Shown here: positions 26,963 to 37,460 of the stretch, one piece after another
Position numbering within the stretch: position 1 is the first letter of the stretch
Layout of the letters: each line of letters begins with the position of its first letter
Source: Gemmatimonadota bacterium
GTDB lineage: Bacteria; Gemmatimonadota; Gemmatimonadetes; Gemmatimonadales; GWC2-71-9
NCBI GenBank assembly: GCA_016713435.1
Contig: JADJPD010000005.1
Location: 129,356-193,355, forward strand
Reading direction: 5' to 3'
Length of the DNA stretch: 64,000 nt
Made by a program: the position numbers and the translations under genes
Notes under the pieces: model-generated
Told to the model about the DNA's origin: nothing
The model's input: only the letters and a program-made list of their open reading frames with translations
Databases searched by the model: none

Positions 26963-28238
26963 GGGGCACGAGGCGCTCGGTGCCCATGTACGGCACCAGC
27001 GCCGCCGGGAGGCGCACCGAGCCGTCCGCGGCCTGGTTGTTCTCGAGCAGCGCGATGATGGTGCGCGGGAACGCCACGCCGGAGCCATTCAGCGTGTGCA
27101 CGAACTCCGGCTTGGCGCCGGCCTCGCGCCGGAAGCGGATGTTGCCGCGCCGTGCCTGGAAGTCGGTGAAGGTGCTGCAGCTCGACGCCTCGAGCCAGGT
27201 CCCCACCCCCGCGGCCCACACCTCGAGGTCCCAGGTGCGCGCGCTCGCGAAGCCGGTGTCGCCGGCGGCCAGCGCGAGGCGGCGGTACGGGATCTCGAGC
27301 CGCTCCAGGATGGTCTCGGCGTGGCGGGTCAGGCGTTCGTGCTCGGCCTCGGAGTCTTCCGGCCGGCAGTAGCGCACCAGCTCCACCTTGTCGAACTGGT
27401 GCACCCGGATGAGCCCCCGGGTGTCCTTGCCGCCGGCGCCCGCCTCCCGGCGGAAGCAGGGCGTCCACGCCACGTAGCCCTTGGGGAGCTCGGCGGCGTC
27501 CAGGATCTCGTCGCGGTGGATGTTGGTGACCGGCACCTCGGCCGTCGGGATGAGGAACAGGTCGTCGGCCCCGGCCAGGTAGAGCTCCTCCTCGAACTTG
27601 GGGAGCTGGCCGGTGGCCGTCATGGTGGCACGGGTGACCACGTACGGCGGCGAGATCTCCGTGTAGCCGTGCTCCCGACTGTGCACGTCGAGCATGAAGT
27701 TGGCGAGCGCCCGCGCCAGCCGCGCGCCCATGCCCGTGAAGAGCGGGAAGCCCGAGCCGCTGATCTTGGTGCCCCGCGGCAGGTCGAAGAGCCCGAGCGC
27801 CGCGCCCAGCTCCCAGTGCGGCTTGGGGGTGAACGCGAAGCTGGGCTTGGTCCCCACTTCCTTCTCCACCCGGTTGGCGGGGGCGTCGCCGTCCGGCACG
27901 GTGGGGAGCGGGAGGTTCGGCACCACCATGATGATGCGCTCGATCTCCTCGTCGATGCCCCGCACCTCGGCGTCGAGCGCCTTCACCTCCTCGCCCGAGG
28001 CCTTGAGCTCGGCGAGGAGGTCGTCGGCGTTCTCCTTGGCCTTCTTCCGCCGGGCCACCTCGTCGCTGGCGGCGTTGCGACGGGCCTTGAGCGCCTCGGT
28101 GCGCGTCAGCGCGTCGCGCCGGCGGCGGTCCAGCTCGGCGAGGCTGGCCAGCATGGCGTCCACCGCCGGGTCCAGCCGGCGGGCGAGCGCAGCACGGACG
28201 CCGTCGGCGTCCTGGCGGAGCAGCTTGATGTCGATCAC
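26955..28238 (-). CDS. serS: Serine--tRNA ligase
   Basis: ORF 26955..28238(-): MIDIKLLRQDADGVRAALARR...GSGFPLFTGMGARLARAL...TAEVPVTN...FRREAGAGGKDTRGLIRVHQFDKVE...TLNGSGVAFPRTIIALLENNQ. Confidence 0.95.
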   Translation of the reverse strand: MIDIKLLRQDADGVRAALARRLDPAVDAMLASLAELDRRRRDALTRTEALKARRNAASDEVARRKKAKENADDLLAELKASGEEVKALDAEVRGIDEEIERIIMVVPNLPLPTVPDGDAPANRVEKEVGTKPSFAFTPKPHWELGAALGLFDLPRGTKISGSGFPLFTGMGARLARALANFMLDVHSREHGYTEISPPYVVTRATMTATGQLPKFEEELYLAGADDLFLIPTAEVPVTNIHRDEILDAAELPKGYVAWTPCFRREAGAGGKDTRGLIRVHQFDKVELVRYCRPEDSEAEHERLTRHAETILERLEIPYRRLALAAGDTGFASARTWDLEVWAAGVGTWLEASSCSTFTDFQARRGNIRFRREAGAKPEFVHTLNGSGVAFPRTIIALLENNQAADGSVRLPAALVPYMGTERLVPRA

Positions 28239-28245
28239 GGCCGGA

Positions 28246-28818
28246 TCAGGAGGACGTGGTATCCACGGTGAGGAAGCGGTAGCCGCAGTTCTTGTTGGCC
28301 ACCACCTGGACCGCCATGGTGCGGGCCGCCGTGTCGATGGCGAGCACCTCGAGCTTGGCGTAGAGCGGCACCCCGTACAGCGAGCAGCTGTTGATGCCAG
28401 TGCGGAGGAAGAAGCGATCGCCGACCGCCACGGCCACCGTGTCCTTCGTGACGTAGCCGTTGAGCGGCGCCTTCTTCATGGCGTCGAAGGTGGCGGTGCT
28501 GCGGAGCAGGCCGGGCAGCAGCGACGTGGTGCTGCCGAGGCCCAGGGTGCGCAGTGGCAGAAGCACGCTGGCCCCACCGGCGGTGACGTCGTAGGCAAAC
28601 TCGAACGACGAGCCCACCTCCCACGTCCGCACCGCGCCGCCGTTCTCCACCGAGTACGCCGAGGGCTTGGTCAGCGGACCGGTGCTGAGCGTCCACAGCG
28701 TGTCGGTGGTGAGGGCGTTGGCGATCGTCGCCCTGGGCAGGTCGTTGGGATCGCTGCACGCGGCAGCGGCGAGGACGACGGCGGCCAGCAGGGCCAGCGG
28801 GCGGAGGGGTCGGGCCAT
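28246..28818 (-). CDS. Hypothetical lipoprotein
   Basis: ORF 28246..28818(-): MARPLRPLALLAAVVLAAAAC-SDP, a lipobox-like sequence. I recognise no family. Confidence 0.6.
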   Translation of the reverse strand: MARPLRPLALLAAVVLAAAACSDPNDLPRATIANALTTDTLWTLSTGPLTKPSAYSVENGGAVRTWEVGSSFEFAYDVTAGGASVLLPLRTLGLGSTTSLLPGLLRSTATFDAMKKAPLNGYVTKDTVAVAVGDRFFLRTGINSCSLYGVPLYAKLEVLAIDTAARTMAVQVVANKNCGYRFLTVDTTSS

Positions 28819-28933
28819 GGGGCAAACCTAGGGGTGGTTCGGGGGAGGGTCAACCCGCAGTGATTCCTTGACTTCGGCCCTCGCGACCCCCTACAATCCC
28901 GACGGCTTCCCCACCTCACTTCCGGAGCGCTCC

Positions 28934-29287
28934 ATGGCTGGTTTGCGCGACGTGGTCCAGGGCCTCGCGGCTCGTCCCGACGTGGACGCGGTCGTGGTGG
29001 TCTCCAACGACGGCCTGCCCATCCATCACGCCGGCCGCACCGACCTCGACGCGGAAGCCATCGCCGCGCTCGCCGCCAACTTCGCCAGCGGCGCCCGGCG
29101 CCTCGGCACCGCCGCGGAGTGCGAGCCGCTGACGGCGAGCGTGCTCGAGTTCGAGGATCGCCTCGCGGTGGTGCGCACCATGGGCACCGAGGGCCAGCTC
29201 TTCGTGCTGGCCAAGCCCGCCACCAACATCGGCGCGCTGCTCCACGACCTGCGCCGCCAGGCGCCGGACCTCGCCGCCCTCCTCTAA
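28934..29287 (+). CDS. Roadblock/LC7 (MglB-like) domain protein
   Basis: ORF 28868..29287(+) trimmed to the ATG at 28934: MAGLRDVVQGLAARPDVDAVVVVSNDGLPIHHAG...ASVLEFEDRLAVVRTMGTEGQLFVLA. Confidence 0.65.
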   Translation: MAGLRDVVQGLAARPDVDAVVVVSNDGLPIHHAGRTDLDAEAIAALAANFASGARRLGTAAECEPLTASVLEFEDRLAVVRTMGTEGQLFVLAKPATNIGALLHDLRRQAPDLAALL

Positions 29288-29302
29288 GCCGACGACCTCC
29301 CC

Positions 29303-30331
29303 ATGCGCTGGGCCGTGATCCTGGCGGGGGGCTCGGGCAGCCGTTTCTGGCCGCTCAGCACGCCTTCCGCCCCCAAGCAGCTGCTGCCCCTCGCCGGGCC
29401 CACCTCCACGGCCGAGCAGGCGGTCACCCGCCTCGAGGGGCTGGTGCCGCGCGAACGGGTGCTCGTCGTCACCGGGCCCGCGCTCGCCGGTCCGCTCAAC
29501 GCGGTGCTCAAGCTCCCGGCGGAGAACATCCTGGTGGAGCCGCGCGCCGCCTCCACCGCGCCGGCGCTCGTGTGGGCCACCGCGGAGGCGCGCCGCCGCG
29601 ATCCCGAGGCCGAGGTCCTCTCGCTCCACGCCGACTGGACCATCCGCGAGGACGACGCCTTCCGGAACACCGCCGCCCAGGCCCTCGGCACCGCGGCCCG
29701 GCATCACCGGCTGGTCACCGTCGGCATCGTCCCCTCGCGGCCCGACACCGGCTTCGGCTACATCGTCCCCGGCAATGCGCTCGACGACACGGCGCGCACG
29801 GTGGCGCGCTTCGCCGAGAAGCCCAACGCGGCCACCGCGCTCGACCTCATGGCCTCCGGCGCCCTGTGGAACAGCGGGCTCTTCGCCTGGAGCGCCGAGA
29901 CGCTGCTCGAGGAGGTGGCCCGCCACACGCCCGAGCTGAGCTCGCACCTCGGCCGCCTGACGAGCGGCGACGTGGCGGGGTTCTTCGCGTCGGTCACCGC
30001 CATCTCCATTGACGTGGGCGTGCTGGAGCGGAGCAACGCCGTGGCCGTGGTGCCCGGTCGCTTCACCTGGGACGACGTGGGGACCTGGGACGCCCTGCCC
30101 CGGGTCCGCAAGCGGGACGCCCACGGCAACGTGGCGGTGGGGCCGGTCCACCTGGCGGCAGCCGAGGACTGCGTGGTGTGGTCCGCGGGTGACCCGATCG
30201 TGGTGGGCGGCGTCAAGGACCTCGTCATCGTCCACGCCAACGGCCGCATCCTGGTGATCCCGCGGAACCAGGCCGCCGACCTCAAGGCCCTCCTCGACCA
30301 GCTGCCGGCCGAGGTCCGGGACCTCCCGTGA
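29303..30331 (+). CDS. Mannose-1-phosphate guanylyltransferase-like nucleotidyltransferase
   Basis: ORF 29303..30331(+): MRWAVILAGGSGSRFWPLSTPSAPKQLLPL...GFGYIVPG...FAEKP...WNSGLFAW...IDVGVLERS...WDDVGTW. Confidence 0.8.
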   Translation: MRWAVILAGGSGSRFWPLSTPSAPKQLLPLAGPTSTAEQAVTRLEGLVPRERVLVVTGPALAGPLNAVLKLPAENILVEPRAASTAPALVWATAEARRRDPEAEVLSLHADWTIREDDAFRNTAAQALGTAARHHRLVTVGIVPSRPDTGFGYIVPGNALDDTARTVARFAEKPNAATALDLMASGALWNSGLFAWSAETLLEEVARHTPELSSHLGRLTSGDVAGFFASVTAISIDVGVLERSNAVAVVPGRFTWDDVGTWDALPRVRKRDAHGNVAVGPVHLAAAEDCVVWSAGDPIVVGGVKDLVIVHANGRILVIPRNQAADLKALLDQLPAEVRDLP

Positions 30332-31518
30332 CGGGCATGGTGGCCGCCGCCCTCCATCTCCTGGAACCCGAGGCGCCGGGGGCCGCCTGGGCGCCGTTCG
30401 CGGGGGTGCGGCCCCTCGCCGAGCTGCGCGCCGGGGTGTGGAAGGTCCGCGAGCGGTGGGAGGCGGCGCTCGACCTCGACACCACGACCATCATGGGCGC
30501 GCACGTGGCGGGCTTCCACGAGGGCATGGAGCCGACGGTCACCGCGGTCACGGCCGTGCGCGGCCCCGCCGTCGTGGCCCGGTCGGACTTCGCCCCCGCG
30601 GGCGAGGCCGTGGTGCTCGGCCCCGGCACCCGGCGCCTGACGCATGCCGGCCGGTGCGTGGCCTGGGTGATCCCGGCCGGCACCGTCTGGGAGGGACCGT
30701 CCGAGCAGGGCGAGGCCCTCGCCATCGAGGGCGTCCCGCTGCGCGGCACCTTCGACCTGCTCACCGCCCTCGAGCGCTTCCTCCCCGCCGATACCCTCGG
30801 TTTCGCCGCCGGCACGAGCGATCCGGTGCCCGCGGGCAGCATCGTGCTGGGGGATGCCGCGCTGGTCTTCTGCCGCGGCGCCCTCGTGGAGCCCGGCGTG
30901 GTCCTCGACACCCGCGGCGGGGCCATCGTCCTCGAGGCCGGCTGCGAGGTGCGCCACGGCTCCCGCCTCGAGGGCCCCCTCTACGCGGGCGAGAAGTCGC
31001 GGCTCCTCGGCGGGCACCTGCGCGCCTCGGTGTTCGGCCCGCGCTCCAGCGTGAAGGGCGAGGTCTCCAACACGCTGTTCCTCGGTTACGCCAACAAGAG
31101 CCACGACGGCTTCGTGGGCCACAGCGTGCTCGGGCACTGGGTGAACCTCGGCGCCATGACCACCACCTCGAACCTCAAGAACACCTACGGCGAGGTGGCG
31201 CTCGACGTGGCCGGCACCCGGCTGCCGAGCGGACGGCAGTTCCTCGGCACCCTCATCGGCGACCACGCCAAGACGGCCATCGGCACGCTGCTGCCCACCG
31301 GCACCGTGGTGGGCGCCGGCGCCAACGTCTTCGGGAGCGCCAATGCCCCGAAGTACGTCCCGCCCATGGCCTGGGGCAGCGAGGGCGCCGAGCGCATGAC
31401 GGAAGACGGCTTCCTGAAGGTGGCGGAACGGGTGATGCCCCGGCGCGACGTGGCCTTCACCCCGGAACGGCGCGCCTCGCTCGCCGCCACGTACCGCCGG
31501 CTCCTGGGCGGCGCGTGA
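30328..31518 (+). CDS. Putative sugar nucleotidyltransferase / left-handed beta-helix (GlmU-like) protein
   Basis: ORF 30328..31518(+); its GTG overlaps the upstream stop. The C-terminal half has hexapeptide-repeat-like segments (VGHSVLGHWVNLGAMTTTSNLKNTYG...IGDHAKTAIGTLLPTGTVVGAGANVFG). Confidence 0.55.
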   Translation: MTGMVAAALHLLEPEAPGAAWAPFAGVRPLAELRAGVWKVRERWEAALDLDTTTIMGAHVAGFHEGMEPTVTAVTAVRGPAVVARSDFAPAGEAVVLGPGTRRLTHAGRCVAWVIPAGTVWEGPSEQGEALAIEGVPLRGTFDLLTALERFLPADTLGFAAGTSDPVPAGSIVLGDAALVFCRGALVEPGVVLDTRGGAIVLEAGCEVRHGSRLEGPLYAGEKSRLLGGHLRASVFGPRSSVKGEVSNTLFLGYANKSHDGFVGHSVLGHWVNLGAMTTTSNLKNTYGEVALDVAGTRLPSGRQFLGTLIGDHAKTAIGTLLPTGTVVGAGANVFGSANAPKYVPPMAWGSEGAERMTEDGFLKVAERVMPRRDVAFTPERRASLAATYRRLLGGA

Positions 31519-32327
31519 CCACGGTCTTCGCCCTCGGCAGCGGGTCGAGCGGGAACGCCTTCGCGGTCGCGTGTGACGGCGCGGCGCTGCTGGTGGACGC
31601 GGGCTTCAGCGCCCGGGAGATCGGCAAGCGCGCCGAGGCCGCCGGCTTCGACCTCGGCACCGCCCGCGGCATCCTGATCACCCATGAGCACGGGGACCAC
31701 GTGTGCGGCGCCGCCCGCCTGGCCACCACGCTCCGCGTCCCCATCCTGACCGCGCCGGGCACCTGGGACCGGCTCAAGCCCCGGATGCGCGGGGCCGAGT
31801 TCCAGCCGCTGGCGCTCATGGGCAGCGTCGCCGTCGAGGGCTTCGTCGTGGAGGCCTGCCCCACCAGCCACGACGCGGCGGAGCCGGTGGCGCTCGCCAT
31901 CCGGACCGCGGCCGGCCACCGGGTAAGCGTCGCGTACGACCTGGGGCGCCCCACGACGGCCGTGCGCTTCCTGCTGCGCGGCTCCCACGCCGTGATCCTC
32001 GAGGCCAACCACGACGACGTCCTGCTCCGCACCAGCGGCTATCCGCCGGTGGTGCAGGAGCGGATCGCCGGGTCCGGCGGGCATCTCTCCAATCGTGCCG
32101 CCGCCGAGCTGCTGGCCGACCTGCTGCACGACGACCTCCACAGCGTCGTCCTCGCCCACCTGAGCGAGCGCTGCAACAGCGAGGCTGAGGCGCGGGCGGC
32201 GGTGGAGCCGGTGCTGCGCCGGGCGGGCGGGCGCTCCCCCGCGCTCCACGTGGCGCGCCAGGACGCGCCCCTGCCGCCCATCGTCCTCCCCGCCCTGCAG
32301 CTTGGACTGAGCCTGCTGAGCGCCTGA
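31515..32327 (+). CDS. MBL-fold metallo-hydrolase
   Basis: ORF 30438..32327(+) trimmed to a GTG at 31515 that overlaps the upstream stop: VTTVFALGSGSSGNAFAVACDGAALLVDAGFS...ILITHEHGDHVCGA...GGHLSN. Confidence 0.75.
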   Translation: MTTVFALGSGSSGNAFAVACDGAALLVDAGFSAREIGKRAEAAGFDLGTARGILITHEHGDHVCGAARLATTLRVPILTAPGTWDRLKPRMRGAEFQPLALMGSVAVEGFVVEACPTSHDAAEPVALAIRTAAGHRVSVAYDLGRPTTAVRFLLRGSHAVILEANHDDVLLRTSGYPPVVQERIAGSGGHLSNRAAAELLADLLHDDLHSVVLAHLSERCNSEAEARAAVEPVLRRAGGRSPALHVARQDAPLPPIVLPALQLGLSLLSA

Positions 32328-32349
32328 CGGAGCGCCGGCCGGCAGGGAG

Positions 32350-32386
32350 AAAAAGCGCGCGGGGCACCGGTCGGTGCCCCGCGCGG
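32350..32386 (-). terminator. Hairpin with U-tract (minus strand) between convergent genes
   Basis: GCGCGCGGGGCAC-cggtcg-GTGCCCCGCGC. On the minus strand it is followed by CUUUUUC. Confidence 0.5.
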
Positions 32387-32404
32387 TGCTTGCGGGCTCG
32401 GGAA

Positions 32405-32797
32405 CTACTCGGTGTCCGGGTCCGGCGGCACCGGGATGCTGTCCGGCCGCGCCGTCGGCGGGCCCACCTTGGTGAGGCTGACGGGCTTGGTCAGGTCGCC
32501 GCCGGACAGCGTCAGGCGGGTGCCCTTCACCTGCAGCCGGTAGGTCACCCACTCACCGCCAAGGGCCAGCATGATGCTGTCCGGCTTGAGGCGCCAGCGG
32601 ACGGTCTCGGTGCCGTAGCTGGCGCTCGAGTCGGCGCGCACGATGACGACCCGGGGCGCGTCCTTCCGCTGCTCGCGCAGTTCCGCCTGCCAGGTGCCGA
32701 GGATCGCCGCCCCGGTGGTGCCCGGCTGCTGGGCCTGGAGCGGCTGGGTGGTGAGCGCCATCACACCGAGGGCAAGGGCCGCCACGATTGTCCGCAC
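32405..32797 (-). CDS. Secreted hypothetical protein
   Basis: ORF 32405..32797(-), GTG start, signal peptide MRTIVAALALGVMALTTQPLQAQ. I recognise no family. Confidence 0.55.
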   Translation of the reverse strand: MRTIVAALALGVMALTTQPLQAQQPGTTGAAILGTWQAELREQRKDAPRVVIVRADSSASYGTETVRWRLKPDSIMLALGGEWVTYRLQVKGTRLTLSGGDLTKPVSLTKVGPPTARPDSIPVPPDPDTE

Positions 32798-32942
32798 GTT
32801 GGTCTCCTACGGTGAAAGCCGAAACACGGAAAGCCGACGGGCCCCCGGTGTCGCAGTATTCGGGCCATGGCGCGCGGAGGAGTGTAATCGCGTCGCGCGC
32901 CGGGCTCAACATCCCACGGGGCCTAGGCTTACGCCCGTTGGG

Positions 32943-32982
32943 GCAAACGAGACGCCCCGGGAGCCGAAGCCCCCGGGGCGTC
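32943..32982 (-). terminator. groESL terminator hairpin
   Basis: GACGCCCCGGG-agccgaagc-CCCGGGGCGTC lies 22 nt past the groEL stop. On the minus strand it is followed by UCGUUUGCC. Confidence 0.5.
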
Positions 32983-33003
32983 CCCGCCGTGAACCGGCTG
33001 GGC

Positions 33004-34656
<1,653 letters not shown>

Positions 34657-34671
34657 TCAGTGGCGGCCGGC

Positions 34672-34983
34672 TCAGCCGAGCTTCGCCAGGATGTCGGTGG
34701 CCTTCACGATGACGACTTCCTCACCGTCCACCGTGATGTTGGTGCCGCTGTACTTCCCGTACAGGACCTTGTCGCCAACCTTGAGGTCCATGGGGATGCG
34801 CTCCCCCTTCTCGAAGCGGCCCGGGCCCACGGCCACGATCTCACCCTGGGTCGGCTTCTCCTTGGCGGTGTCCGGGATGTACAGGCCGCCCCGCATGGTC
34901 TCGCCCTCGTCGTCCGGCATGATGACCACCCGGTCCTCGAGCGGCTGGATGCTGAGCTTGGTCTTGGCCTTCGTTGCGCTCAT
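34672..34983 (-). CDS. groS: Co-chaperonin GroES
   Basis: ORF 34672..34983(-): MSATKAKTKLSIQPLEDRVVIMPDDEGETMRGGLYIPDTAKEKPTQGEIVAVGPG. GGAGGAG lies upstream of the ATG. Confidence 0.95.
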   Translation of the reverse strand: MSATKAKTKLSIQPLEDRVVIMPDDEGETMRGGLYIPDTAKEKPTQGEIVAVGPGRFEKGERIPMDLKVGDKVLYGKYSGTNITVDGEEVVIVKATDILAKLG

Positions 34984-35031
34984 GGGTCACTCCTCCACGG
35001 CAGTTGATGTAAACATTGGTGCTGCTTGTAG

Positions 35032-35058
35032 TTAGCAGTCTTGGCATGTGACTGCTAG
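35032..35058. promoter_or_regulatory. CIRCE-like inverted repeat (HrcA operator) upstream of groES
   Basis: TTAGCAGTC-N9-GACTGCTAG compared with the consensus TTAGCACTC-N9-GAGTGCTAA. The central changes are compensatory. It lies 49-75 nt upstream of the groES ATG. Confidence 0.7.
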
Positions 35059-35069
35059 AACTGCGGAGG

Positions 35070-35097
35070 AAAATAAGGCGCGCGGAAGTCCTGTCAA
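35070..35097 (-). promoter_or_regulatory. Sigma70-like groESL promoter: TTGACA-N16-TATTTT
   Basis: On the minus strand: TTGACA (35097-35092), a 16-nt spacer, then TATTTT (35075-35070), just upstream of the CIRCE element. Confidence 0.45.
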
Positions 35098-35311
35098 GCG
35101 TCCCGAAGGCGGCCACGCTCCGGGAACTCTGGCACGGACCGGGTCCTTCAGGGAGATCGGTACAGCGGGCGCAGGGTGGTTTGTGAGGGGGCCCAACTGT
35201 CCCAGGCCCTTACCTCCCGGCTCGGCTGACTCGAAAATGGACCCTTGGGGAGGCCGGACGGCACTTCTACATTGTCCGCGCCGTCCGGGGGCATTCCCCT
35301 GACCCTGCAGG

Positions 35312-36391
35312 ATGAGGATTCCGATGCTCGCCTTGATGCTCGCTGCGGCCATTGCCGGCGCGCCCCCGGGCTCCCCCCGCGACGACCCGACGGTCCGGGT
35401 GAGGGTGGACAGCACCCGCCATGAGGTCATCGTGGTGGCCGGCTGGTGGGACCTGCCCAACATGCCGCCGATGACCGGGGCCATGCACGATCACGGCGCC
35501 TCCCACGACACCCCCGTGCAGCAGTTCACCTGGCCGGTCGACGGCTGGTTCCGGGGCTTCAAGCTCGAGGTCCGGGACCGGCATGGGCGGGTGCTGCCGC
35601 GGCGGATCATGCACCACCTGATCGCCGTCAACTACGACCGGCGCCAGCTCCTCTATCCCGCGGCCGAGCGGCTCTTCGGCGCCGGGACCGAGACCGCCGA
35701 CGCCACGATCCCGGCGACCATCGGCGTGCCGCTCCCCCGGGGCACCAACCTCGGCTTCTACGTGGCCTGGCACAACGACACGGGGGAGGACCTGGAGGGG
35801 GTGGAGCTGACCATGCGGCTCGAGTATTCCCCCGCCAACCTGAATCCGCGCCCACTGGACGTGATGCCGCTCTACATGGATGTGAACCTCACGGTGGGCG
35901 GCAGCAACAGCTTCGACGTGCCCCCGGGGCGCTCGGAAAAGGGCTACGAGTTCACCCTCCCGATCGGCGGGCGGCTCATCGGCTACAGCGGGCACCTGCA
36001 CGACTACGGGGTCAGCGTGCGGCTCGAGGATGTGGAGACCGGCAAGGTGGTGGCCCGGGTGACCGCCACCCGCGACCGCCAGGGCAAGGTGAGCAAGGTG
36101 AGCCGGAGTCTTCCCGGGCTCCGGGGCGCCGGGGTGCGGCTCAAGGCCAACCATCGGTATCGCGTGGTGGGGACCTACGACAATCCCACGGGTGAGACCC
36201 TGGTGAACGGCGCCATGGCCCACATCGCCGCGCTGTTTGCGCCGGACAACGTGAAGGACTGGCCGGCCGTGGACCTCGCCGACCCGACCTTCCAGACGGA
36301 CCTCGCCTCCCTGGAGCTGCGGGGCGCGGGCGGCGACGGGATGGACGGACATGACCACGGCGCCCACGACCACGCCGACCACCAGCACTGA
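35312..36391 (+). CDS. Secreted hypothetical protein with a PHM/DBH-like copper-monooxygenase ligand pattern and a His-rich C-terminal tail
   Basis: ORF 35312..36391(+), signal peptide MRIPMLALMLAAAIAGA. Candidate ligands are H101-H102 (IMHHLIAV), H154 (VAWHND), H228-x-H230 (GHLHDYG) and M302 (NGAMAHI). The tail is DGHDHGAHDHADHQH. I am more confident the CDS exists than in the functional call. Confidence 0.5.
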   Translation: MRIPMLALMLAAAIAGAPPGSPRDDPTVRVRVDSTRHEVIVVAGWWDLPNMPPMTGAMHDHGASHDTPVQQFTWPVDGWFRGFKLEVRDRHGRVLPRRIMHHLIAVNYDRRQLLYPAAERLFGAGTETADATIPATIGVPLPRGTNLGFYVAWHNDTGEDLEGVELTMRLEYSPANLNPRPLDVMPLYMDVNLTVGGSNSFDVPPGRSEKGYEFTLPIGGRLIGYSGHLHDYGVSVRLEDVETGKVVARVTATRDRQGKVSKVSRSLPGLRGAGVRLKANHRYRVVGTYDNPTGETLVNGAMAHIAALFAPDNVKDWPAVDLADPTFQTDLASLELRGAGGDGMDGHDHGAHDHADHQH

Positions 36392-36414
36392 TCCCGCCAG
36401 CCCCAGGAATGCGA

Positions 36415-36450
36415 ACGGGCGGCCCCTCGCGGGGCCGCCCGTGTCGTTTC
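36415..36450 (+). terminator. Terminator hairpin between convergent genes
   Basis: ACGGGCGGCCCC-tcgc-GGGGCCGCCCGT followed by GUCGUUUCC. Confidence 0.5.
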
Positions 36451-36464
36451 CCGCCTGGCCGCGC

Positions 36465-37460
36465 CTACACCAGGCGCCGGACCCCCACCCAGCGGCGGTA
36501 CCACCAGCGCCCCGAGATGTCGTCCGGGCTCAGGACGCTGATCTGCACCCCGGCGGTGGCGCTGTGGATGAAGCGCCCGTTGCCTATGTAGAGCCCCACA
36601 TGCGAGACCCGTGACCCCCGGGTGGCGAAGGTGAGCAGGTCGCCGGCCTGGAGCTGGTCCAGCGCCTTCGGCACCTCGGTTCCCTCTCGGGCCTGGTCCA
36701 CGCTGCGCCGCGGCAGCGTGATGCCGTGCTTGCCGAAGGCGTACATGATGAGGCCGGAGCAGTCGAAGCCCTCCTCGCCCTCGTCGCCCCAGCGGTAGGG
36801 CATGCCCATGACGTCGAGGGCCGTCTGCACCACGCCGCCGATCAGGGTGGCGCGATCGGCGGGGACACCGTCGCGGGTGAGGGCGTCGCGCACTTCCCCG
36901 CCATCCGGGGTGGACCCGATGGTGCCGCCGGCCGGGCTGCCGGTCCGCGCCGGGGAGGCCGGCACGCCCCCCGGCGCCGGCAAGCGACCCGGGCCGCTGC
37001 GGCGGGCGCCGCGATGCAGCCCGATCCGGAAGCCGAGCTCAACGCCGTCGAACCCCCCGAACGTGAGTTCCCGGTAGCGCCCCTCGGCGGCGATGGCCAA
37101 GGGGGAGAACGGAAAGAGCTCGTAGCCGAGTCCCACCGACCAGGCGCCCCAAAAGGTCCGCCCGGCGTGCGTGGCCAGACCGCCCTCCACGCCCCCGATC
37201 ACGTAGGCTCCCCCCTGCCCGCCCCGGAAGAAGCTCAGGTCGGTGCCGAGGCCAAAGAGGTTGCCTAACGGTGCGCGGCCGTTGACGTAGAGCCCGTGCA
37301 GGCTGGCCCCGACGGGGCCGAAGAGCCGCGTGCCCGTGCCGGCTCGCCAGGTGAGGGCCGGCGGGTCGGAGAAGAAGCGGCCCACCTGGAAGGCCGGGCC
37401 CTGCGCCGCGAGCGGCGTCGCGGCGAGGCTCAGGGCCACGAGCAGGGCGGGACGGCTCAC
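36465..37460 (-). CDS. NlpC/P60 family cell-wall peptidase with N-terminal Gly/aromatic-rich domain
   Basis: ORF 36465..38015(-) trimmed to a GTG at 37458-37460 that overlaps the upstream stop. It has the signal peptide VSRPALLVALSLAATPLAAQG and the C-terminal motif ...GMPYRWGDEGEEGFDCSGLIMYAF...SHVGLYIGNGRFIHS. Confidence 0.8.
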   Translation of the reverse strand: MSRPALLVALSLAATPLAAQGPAFQVGRFFSDPPALTWRAGTGTRLFGPVGASLHGLYVNGRAPLGNLFGLGTDLSFFRGGQGGAYVIGGVEGGLATHAGRTFWGAWSVGLGYELFPFSPLAIAAEGRYRELTFGGFDGVELGFRIGLHRGARRSGPGRLPAPGGVPASPARTGSPAGGTIGSTPDGGEVRDALTRDGVPADRATLIGGVVQTALDVMGMPYRWGDEGEEGFDCSGLIMYAFGKHGITLPRRSVDQAREGTEVPKALDQLQAGDLLTFATRGSRVSHVGLYIGNGRFIHSATAGVQISVLSPDDISGRWWYRRWVGVRRLV

